Shown here: piece by piece, positions 39,842-46,124 of the stretch | How positions within the stretch are numbered: position 1 is the stretch's first letter | How the letters are laid out: each line of letters begins with the position of its first letter | Program-made: the position numbers and the translations under genes | Assembly: GCA_043806415.1 (NCBI GenBank) | Contig: JAZDHB010000025.1 | Location: forward strand, 1 to 46,124 | DNA length: 46,124 nt | Direction: 5' to 3' | Source of the DNA: Candidatus Micrarchaeota archaeon | Lineage (GTDB): Archaea; Micrarchaeota; Micrarchaeia; Anstonellales; Anstonellaceae | The notes under the pieces: model-generated | Database searches by the model: none | The model's input: only the letters and a program-made list of their open reading frames with translations | What the model was told of the DNA's origin: nothing

Positions 39842-40057
39842 GGCACTATTGAATCCTAGGAAGTATATAAAGGTGTGCAATATATCGCACACTTCTGTGC
39901 AGTATGATGAACACTACTGTGCATTAGTAATGCGCACTTTGCTGTTCTGTCATGTAATTCGATTACATGACAAATCCAAAAATGGTTCCCCCGCCTCTAT
40001 CTGATAAATGAGATCAAGGCCTAATATAATATGGTCTTTAGTGTATAAAAATGTATT

Positions 40058-40179
40058 CGCCCCAGCCGGGATTTGAACCCGGATCGTGAGCTTTCGCCTT
40101 TCCAGGCTACTCGCATTCGTGCATCGGTAGCACTTGCCATTCGGAGGCTCGCGTCCTATCCAGGTTGGACTACCAGGGC
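40058..40179 (-). tRNA. tRNA-Arg(CCG) with an approximately 48-nt intron at 37/38 (about 40093-40140)
   Basis: Minus-sense GCCCTGG-TA-GTCC-AACCTGGATA-GGAC-G-CGAGC-CTCCGA[intron]A-GCTCA-CGAT-CCGGG-TTCAAAT-CCCGG-CTGGGGC-G73. TATA tttataaat lies about 30 nt upstream. There is one 27:43 mismatch. Confidence 0.85.
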
Positions 40180-40334
40180 AGCATCAGCTATGGCGCATCG
40201 CAAATTTATAAACCAAATGAGACGTGTTTTCGCCATATGCTGCGGTCTCCGTCTTCAGCCCGTCCATTTTTTCACAAACGCAGGCCTCGAACGATACCAT
40301 TCAATTTTATTAACCTTAAGAATTCCACTCTCCC

Positions 40335-43211
40335 ATGACTTCGAAGGATTTCAAGATCCAGCTTCTTTTAGTCACACTCCTCTCAGTCGTCTTTTTTTCT
40401 CAACCCGCTTATTCAATGAGCGCATGCACTTCAATATCCGATTGCCCGTCGTACGCCCAAAGCTGTGACAATCACATCTGTACGTTGAAGTCCGGTTTCT
40501 GCGACGATGTCGCCGACTGCCGCTGGGCGGTGGAAACTTGCATCGACCATCGCTGCGCACCCATCGTCAACTGCTCTTCGGATGCCGGCTGCGCCCAGTC
40601 ATGGCACGAATGCAAATCCTATGGGAGATGCGCTCCGAAAGCTGGTTTCTGCGATTCGTCTGCTGACTGTTCCGCCTCCGGCGAATATTGCAATGATGCG
40701 GATCATCGCTGCGCGCTCTATTCCGGACATTGCAGGACCAATTCAGACTGCGATACTTCATGGCAGCAATGCTCCGCCGGCACCTGCGCTCCCCAGCAAG
40801 GGCGATGCAATTATTCGTCCGATTGCAATCTCGGCTATTTTGATGGTCCCTATTCCTGCGATTCCGATGCGCACATCTGCCGGCTCACGCCGGGGCGTTG
40901 CCTCGACGATTCACTCTGTCCAGCTTATCAGCAGTGCAATCTTGGCTATTGCATCCGCCGGGAAGGCTTCTGCGATGAAACCGGCGCCTGCCCGGCGGTT
41001 GTGCAGCAATGCAATCTCACCACGCACAAGTGCGACCCTGTCGGCCCTTCCTGCGAGAGCAACCTCGGTTGCACTTCGGACAAAAAATGCTTTTTCCGTG
41101 TGTGTGTCCAAAAGGACGGCTGGTGCGACCGGGACGACGACTGCATGGGCTGGCAGTCTTGCGACCGGGGCTCCCTCCGGTGCATCCTGAAAACCGGTTT
41201 CTGCCAGGATGATTCCGACTGCCCAGATGGTTCATGCACGGCGCACCATTGTCTTATCCAGAATTCATCCGGCACCAATCTTACGCCGTCCAATCTCACT
41301 CCCCAAACGCCGGCCTCCAACGCGTCATTGGGCAGTCTCAGCGGCCGCGTCTACTTCGATGACCTTCAGTTCGACCGTTTTTCCGAGCCCGGCCAGGTGC
41401 GATATCTTCTGGTCCGCCGCAGCCTGCCCCAAGTGCCCTATCATCTCCGCTATGGCAACGACGATTATTTCGGGAGCACTGGTGAGGACGGTCGGTATGA
41501 AATAGTTTTCGATCCACCCCTTCCTATCGTCCCCGGGCAGATGGCCAACTTTTCCATCAAGCTCGAAGAGGCCAACGGCGAGTTCTACGTGGGTTACGGC
41601 ACGTTCCGCCACCCGTTCGGGGGCTCCGATTTCTACGGCGGCGATCCGGTCCAGTTCTGGAGCGCCTTCGAGCTTCCTTCCGATTCCGTTTCGTCCATCC
41701 GGGATTTCGACACCTTCCAGGTCACCAACGAGACTGACGTGAACTTCTACAAAGGATATGCCGAAACTCTAGCCAGAATCCACAAGTTAATCGACTGGAG
41801 CGTTGGGGAGTCGACGACCTATCATTTTGATCAAAAGGATCTCCCATATGTCCAGTTTTCAAAAATCTATGCCAACACCTATCAGGCGATGCGCTACACC
41901 CGCGACGTGCTCAAGCAGCCGCTTCTGCCAAGGTCGGAGCCCGTGCTTATTACGCCAAAAGCAGATGACGTACTGCACACCTGCGAATTCGGCGTGGCCA
42001 TCGGTCTCGCGCACGCCGGCATCGACGAGCAGGATGCGCCCATGAACCGGGAGTGGCACGAATACGGTCATGGCGTGATGTGCGGCGGTTTCGTCGAATA
42101 TCCATATCAGAGAAGCGAAATCCACCACGGAGGCCTCCAAAATCCAACTTCCACCGATTCTTTCATGGAAGGCTGGGCCGTGGAGTTTGCTGCCTTGGTG
42201 AGTCGGGACACGGGAACCCCCCATCCGGAAATGTATCCGGTGCAGGATTCCCTGGTTCCGCTCGAGTTCAACTACCCGGTCCGTCCCAGCGAGGTTAAGG
42301 ACTACTCATGGTGGTTCAGTGAGGATATCTCGGCTTCCTCTCTTCTTTGGGACCTGACGGACGACAAGAGCGACCTGGATCATGACCATGCCCAGCTCGA
42401 CCCGGCCGGGCTATGGGCGTTTCTCAAACAAGACAATTTCACATTCTCTGACGGCCGCCATGGCTCCATCCGTAATCTCGCCGATCTTTACGATGCGCTC
42501 AATTCCACCGATCGCTGGGGACTCAAGGCGGACGATGACTCCGACGGAATCAACAATCTGGACGAGTTGTTCATCTCGCGCGGCATTTTCCGGGATTTGG
42601 ATCGCGATGGCCGCTATCGCGCCGGCGAGCCCGTCGGCTCTCTGCTGCAGCCGGATGGCACTGTCCGCCGCCAACTCCTGCTTTCCAACGATACATTATT
42701 AACGATCGAGCATCCTATGGGGTTAAACCCATTCACCCCGTTCCAGGCCGAAGTGGCCGATGTCGATGTCCGTCTCGCAGCTCCTTATCAGAATCTGTCT
42801 TATCACTACAAAGCCCGTCTGTCTCCCGGCAAGCCCGAACTTCATCTTCTTCTGCCTCCCCCCGATTATCTGTCCAGCGTATTGGTACGTATCACCTCTC
42901 CCGGTTCCAAAACACTTACTCGGCCCTATGCGATTAACAGTTCGGTTTATTACCAAAAGTTGGAATCCGGAGAAGGATTGGGAAATTATTCCGTGATTCT
43001 CATGCCCCGCGGCTTGGACCAGGCCCCACAAGAATGTCCCATCGGGTATACTTTAGATCACGAATACTATGATTGCGTTCCCCTGCCCCCGAGAGAACAA
43101 ACGATTTTTTGGGCCGGCATGCTCTGCCTCTCCGCCATCGTCATCATTATCGTGTTGGGTCTCGTGCTGTTGGCATGGAACTGGTTCATCAAGAAGAAAG
43201 ATCCCGAGTGA
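40335..43211 (+). CDS. Secreted, C-terminally membrane-anchored protein: about 11 cysteine-rich repeats followed by an HExxH (Peptidase_MA-like) domain and a DxDxDG calcium-binding-like motif
   Basis: Signal peptide LLLVTLLSVVFFSQPAYS. The module Cx3-5DCx5-8Cx4-6C repeats across aa 28-315. WHEYGHGV is at 42057-42071 with FMEGWAVEFAA downstream. DDDSDGINNLDE is present. The C-terminal TM is followed by KKKDPE. Confidence 0.8.
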   Translation: MTSKDFKIQLLLVTLLSVVFFSQPAYSMSACTSISDCPSYAQSCDNHICTLKSGFCDDVADCRWAVETCIDHRCAPIVNCSSDAGCAQSWHECKSYGRCAPKAGFCDSSADCSASGEYCNDADHRCALYSGHCRTNSDCDTSWQQCSAGTCAPQQGRCNYSSDCNLGYFDGPYSCDSDAHICRLTPGRCLDDSLCPAYQQCNLGYCIRREGFCDETGACPAVVQQCNLTTHKCDPVGPSCESNLGCTSDKKCFFRVCVQKDGWCDRDDDCMGWQSCDRGSLRCILKTGFCQDDSDCPDGSCTAHHCLIQNSSGTNLTPSNLTPQTPASNASLGSLSGRVYFDDLQFDRFSEPGQVRYLLVRRSLPQVPYHLRYGNDDYFGSTGEDGRYEIVFDPPLPIVPGQMANFSIKLEEANGEFYVGYGTFRHPFGGSDFYGGDPVQFWSAFELPSDSVSSIRDFDTFQVTNETDVNFYKGYAETLARIHKLIDWSVGESTTYHFDQKDLPYVQFSKIYANTYQAMRYTRDVLKQPLLPRSEPVLITPKADDVLHTCEFGVAIGLAHAGIDEQDAPMNREWHEYGHGVMCGGFVEYPYQRSEIHHGGLQNPTSTDSFMEGWAVEFAALVSRDTGTPHPEMYPVQDSLVPLEFNYPVRPSEVKDYSWWFSEDISASSLLWDLTDDKSDLDHDHAQLDPAGLWAFLKQDNFTFSDGRHGSIRNLADLYDALNSTDRWGLKADDDSDGINNLDELFISRGIFRDLDRDGRYRAGEPVGSLLQPDGTVRRQLLLSNDTLLTIEHPMGLNPFTPFQAEVADVDVRLAAPYQNLSYHYKARLSPGKPELHLLLPPPDYLSSVLVRITSPGSKTLTRPYAINSSVYYQKLESGEGLGNYSVILMPRGLDQAPQECPIGYTLDHEYYDCVPLPPREQTIFWAGMLCLSAIVIIIVLGLVLLAWNWFIKKKDPE

Positions 43212-43362
43212 TCGCCTCTTCTGCCTCATTCTCTATCTTTATAAATTTGAATCGGGCAAATAAGTCCGTTCCGACGGCATTTTTAGGGGGAGAATCAGAA
43301 AGGAGCGTGGAAAATGAAGAGGGGGACGGTGGTTGCCGTTCGGTTCCCCCTCTGCGTTTTTC

Positions 43363-43433
43363 GCCGGGTTGGCAGAGAGGCTATGCGTCCGCCTGCAGAG
43401 CGGAATAGAGGGGCTCGATTCCCCTACCCGGCT
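43363..43433 (+). tRNA. tRNA-Cys(GCA), intron-less
   Basis: GCCGGGT-TG-GCA-GAGAGGCTA-TGC-G-TCCGC-CTGCAGA-GCGGA-ATAG-AGGGG-CTCGATT-CCCCT-ACCCGGC-U73. U73 is the Cys identity element. The gene lies under the N-terminal part of track ORF 43333..44043. Confidence 0.8.
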
Positions 43434-43518
43434 ATTCATATCTGGTGGGAAGAAGGGTTTAAAAACGATGAGAATCCATATAAAGGATAACATAGTTCTG
43501 AGTTTAGGCTGGTCTAGC

Positions 43519-44043
43519 ATGGAAAAGAAGTTTTATCTTCAATCGGCAGATAAGCCGTTGCAAGAGATAGGCTTACGGGCGCAGGTCGTATCATTTCTTA
43601 TGGCCCAAGGCGTTAAAGAAGGCAATGTCTTGAATGATGAAGAAGATGAGAAAAAGGTCATCGTAGCAATCCGAACAGATGATAAAGATGATACTAAGAT
43701 TAATGATTTAAGAGACATGCTGGTTAAGCATCTGAACGGACTCAATAAAAATGATTTGTGCTATTCTAATTTTCCGAATAATCTCATTGCCAGCGAATTG
43801 CATGATTTGAACAATCCACATGTAGTGGGGGTTCTGAACATGAGCGATTTAGCAACCTCATTAATGCTGGAGCAGACCAGTAAAGGCGCCGGTGCCATGA
43901 TAAACACCTTCGGAAAAATGACAACAATAGCTACAGCAATGACCGCAATGGCCACTGCTATGACAACGATGGCCACTACGATGGAAAAACTGCCCGAAAG
44001 GATAGCCGTGAAACTGGGAGAGGTCATAAATAAGCAATCCTAG
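43519..44043 (+). CDS. Hypothetical A/T-rich gene product with a C-terminal (A/T)AM repeat
   Basis: I chose the MEKKFYLQS start because the TATA catataaagg lies about 30 nt upstream. The C-terminal low-complexity stretch is TIATAMTAMATAMTTMATTM. Confidence 0.55.
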   Translation: MEKKFYLQSADKPLQEIGLRAQVVSFLMAQGVKEGNVLNDEEDEKKVIVAIRTDDKDDTKINDLRDMLVKHLNGLNKNDLCYSNFPNNLIASELHDLNNPHVVGVLNMSDLATSLMLEQTSKGAGAMINTFGKMTTIATAMTAMATAMTTMATTMEKLPERIAVKLGEVINKQS

Positions 44044-44136
44044 TGAATAGGAGCTTCGTTTTCTATTCATTTTCTGCGGGTTTTATCGGTTTTCATCCAC
44101 AAAGCGCTATTAAATTTTCCCCGGTTACCCTAACCG

Positions 44137-45312
44137 ATGGTTGAGTTCGAAAAGCATTGGAAATTCTTCCTCGCGGCAGCCGTCCTCTGCTTTCTGGCGG
44201 CCCTCATCGTCCTCGCATTCCTTGCCTCGACGGCCTACCAACTCCGGTCCACCCAAGCCAATCTGTCCTTATCCCAAGCGCAGAACGAGAATCTCTCCCG
44301 CAATGTCGCAGCCCTTTCCTCCCAGAAAAGCGATCTGCAATACTCATTGACCTCGCTGAATTCCACCCTCATTTCCACGCAGGAAGCGTTAAGCGCGAAA
44401 GAGGCCCAGGCGCAGCATCTTCAATCCGATCTTGACGAAGCCCAATCCAACCTCTCTTCGGCGCAATCCAGCATCCAAATCCAGCAGCAGAGCATCCAGC
44501 AGCTCCTCTCCGAAATCAGCGACACCCGGTCCACGCTCAACAGCACCTGGCAATGGCTCAAGGACAACGACTATCTCCCGGTCAATTTCAGCTGGAATTC
44601 GGACATCTTCAAGCAGCGCATCAGCGAGGACTGCATCGACCAAGGGAAGCTCAACGCCGGCTGCATCAGCTATCGCATGCAAAGCACCGCCCTCTCCCTG
44701 CGCTACCGCAATGACATCGACGCCGGCAAGACGGACCACCTCCAATCCCTCACGGAGACCATCCAGCGCGAAGGCGGAGACTGCGAGGATTATTCGCTTT
44801 TCGTCAAGGCTGCGCTCAATTCGATCAAGGCCGAAAAAAAGAACCTCGACATCGTGGCCTGGACAAGGGGCGAGGGCGAATTCGTCATCTATCCGCGCGC
44901 AAGTGCGCACCCAACATCCTATTTCTATTATCCGAACGCGACGGGGGTCGATATGGGTTCCCTGGACCATCTCCACCCCTACGTGATCTGCTATAGCGTC
45001 GGCTCGTCCGGCCATTGCACGATCGCCTTGTCTGACAATGAGATAAAAACAAGTTCGCAGGTCAACATGCTTGCCAATGCGCGCGTGTTCGAGCCCCAGA
45101 ACGGGCAATATCTGGGCATGGTAGGGAAAGAGTTCTCGGTGTGCGAGCCGTCCGTTGGCGACTGCCAGGAGAGGATAAACAACATCTTCCTGATGATAAG
45201 CGACGACGACATCTACCAGGCCTATTCGGGCCAATGGACCGGGCAGGTGGATTACATCCAGAAACTTTCCAAAGTGCAAAATGAATTCCAGACAAGCGCA
45301 TCCATAAGATAA
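44137..45312 (+). CDS. Membrane-anchored coiled-coil protein with a transglutaminase-like cysteine protease core
   Basis: N-terminal TM FFLAAAVLCFLAALIVLAFLA and a Ser/Gln-rich coiled coil. REGGDCEDYSLFVKAAL matches the GxCxD(F/Y) nucleophile motif, with His (SSGHC) and Asp downstream. Confidence 0.65.
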   Translation: MVEFEKHWKFFLAAAVLCFLAALIVLAFLASTAYQLRSTQANLSLSQAQNENLSRNVAALSSQKSDLQYSLTSLNSTLISTQEALSAKEAQAQHLQSDLDEAQSNLSSAQSSIQIQQQSIQQLLSEISDTRSTLNSTWQWLKDNDYLPVNFSWNSDIFKQRISEDCIDQGKLNAGCISYRMQSTALSLRYRNDIDAGKTDHLQSLTETIQREGGDCEDYSLFVKAALNSIKAEKKNLDIVAWTRGEGEFVIYPRASAHPTSYFYYPNATGVDMGSLDHLHPYVICYSVGSSGHCTIALSDNEIKTSSQVNMLANARVFEPQNGQYLGMVGKEFSVCEPSVGDCQERINNIFLMISDDDIYQAYSGQWTGQVDYIQKLSKVQNEFQTSASIR

Positions 45313-45377
45313 GAATATATACTCTCGACTCGCCTATCTATCCATCAGCACGGTATCAATCCAAAAAGGTGAAACTT

Positions 45378-45509
45378 ATGAGAAAAAGAACATCCCGAGT
45401 CCGAACGACCTCGCGCAAGCGGATAACCTCCTCGAAGGCCAAAGCCAAGAAGCTGCGCGGAAAATCCCAGTCCATGCGGGACAAGGGCTGCAAGCGCTGC
45501 CGCTGCTAA
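45378..45509 (+). CDS. 43-aa highly basic peptide ending in CKRCRC, hypothetical
   Basis: MRKRTSRVRTTSRKRITSSKAKAKKLRGKSQSMRDKGCKRCRC. AGGTGA lies 5 nt upstream of the ATG. It is below the ORF-track cutoff. Confidence 0.35.
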   Translation: MRKRTSRVRTTSRKRITSSKAKAKKLRGKSQSMRDKGCKRCRC

Positions 45510-45593
45510 TGTAATTCTCTTTTCTTTCTATCATTACCTTTCATTCTTTTTCTATTCAGTAACCATCTTAAATCTTGTCCGTTTCCCTTTTCC

Positions 45594-46124
45594 ATGCATT
45601 CGCGGTATAAGCCGACACCCCCTCCATCTTCGCTTTCCCGCCCTTCTTTCCGCGCCCAAATCTCGACCGAACTCATCGCCATCCTCTCCGTCGTCCTCAT
45701 CCTCTCCATCGTCATCATCACGCTCGTCTCCTCTTCCTCCCAGTCCGCCCCCGATGCCAAAATGGTGCAGTCCCAAGCCTACTGGGCCGGCCAGGCCAGC
45801 CCATTGCAAATCCTCAACTGGAAGCTGCTCACCGCCACCGGTGCCGATGCCGTGGAGTCCAATCTCTCCCTGGTCATCAAGAATCCCACTTCCCAGACCA
45901 TCATCATCAAGGGCATCTCCTTGGCCCCCGGCCATTTCGACAACGTCTATAGAGCAGACGGCTCCTGGGCCGGAAAGTCCTCCAGCACCTATTTCAAGCT
46001 CTATCCAGGCCAGCAGGCCACAATCACCGTCATGCACTACGACCCCGGCCCCAATGCCTACCTCCCGCCAAAATACCCCGAATTCAACCTCACCCTCACC
46101 TACGACTCCAACATCCCCTCTTCC
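45594..46124 (+). CDS. Archaeal type IV pilin-like protein with a class III signal peptide; the 3' end lies outside the window
   Basis: ...RPSFRAQISTELIAILSVVLILSIVIITLV has the R-A-Q-x-S-x-E prepilin peptidase site followed by a hydrophobic helix. The frame stays open to the window end. The A/T box cttaaatc lies about 25 nt upstream. It is absent from the ORF track because it has no stop. Confidence 0.7.
   Translation, partial: MHSRYKPTPPPSSLSRPSFRAQISTELIAILSVVLILSIVIITLVSSSSQSAPDAKMVQSQAYWAGQASPLQILNWKLLTATGADAVESNLSLVIKNPTSQTIIIKGISLAPGHFDNVYRADGSWAGKSSSTYFKLYPGQQATITVMHYDPGPNAYLPPKYPEFNLTLTYDSNIPSS

Larger units (their letters stand above)
37859..40057. mobile_element. Islet of about 2.2 kb at tRNA-Arg, bounded by a direct repeat of the tRNA 3' end; no integrase
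   Basis: CGCCCCAGCCGGG occurs at 40058-40070 (tRNA 3' end, plus-strand reading) and at 37859-37871, with 18 of 22 identity when extended. The non-coding parts are A/T-rich (23 G+C in 39901-39960). An inverted T-loop fragment GTTCAAATCCCG lies at 37908-37919. Confidence 0.7.

Noticed and set aside
43333-43518. N-terminal 62 aa of track ORF 43333..44043
   Set aside because: This part overlaps tRNA-Cys and GC-rich leader sequence. A TATA box about 30 nt upstream of the internal ATG at 43519 and the composition switch support the shorter gene.

Overview
A 46 kb contig of roughly 60% G+C from an archaeon. Supporting evidence: a divergent Pelota/ABCE1 pair, aEF-2 plus diphthine-ammonia ligase, two FtsZ paralogs, a class-III (archaeal pilin) signal peptide, TATA boxes about 25 nt upstream of mostly leaderless ATGs, and tRNA genes with long introns at 37/38. 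A small-genome uncultivated (DPANN-like) lineage is my inference only. Housekeeping genes are interleaved with accessory content.

Main points:
1. A 1680-aa orphan giant protein combines a glycine-zipper membrane segment, an HExxH zincin motif, a possible His/Cys protease dyad, and a C-terminal GHKL/HATPase_c domain with no visible phospho-acceptor His.
2. A complete hydCBA-type [FeFe]-hydrogenase operon sits next to a 2-hydroxyacid dehydrogenase.
3. There are five tRNA genes: Ala-CGC, Ser-UGA, Thr-CGU, Arg-CCG and Cys-GCA. Four carry 48-83 nt introns.
4. A related pyrimidine/purine hairpin element recurs in two of these introns and at two non-intron sites.
5. tRNA 5' halves are partially duplicated at the Ala and Ser loci.
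6. 12-21 nt duplications of tRNA 3' ends flank both 65-68 nt hairpin mini-inserts and 1.3-2.2 kb lower-GC islets that lack an integrase.
7. Other items: a GNAT toxin with no usable start codon plus a 47-aa partner, a frameshifted ABC-2 permease, a dense cluster of GC-rich palindromes, a cysteine-repeat metallopeptidase, and several tandem repeats.

All family assignments come from motifs read by eye in the translations. No searches were run.
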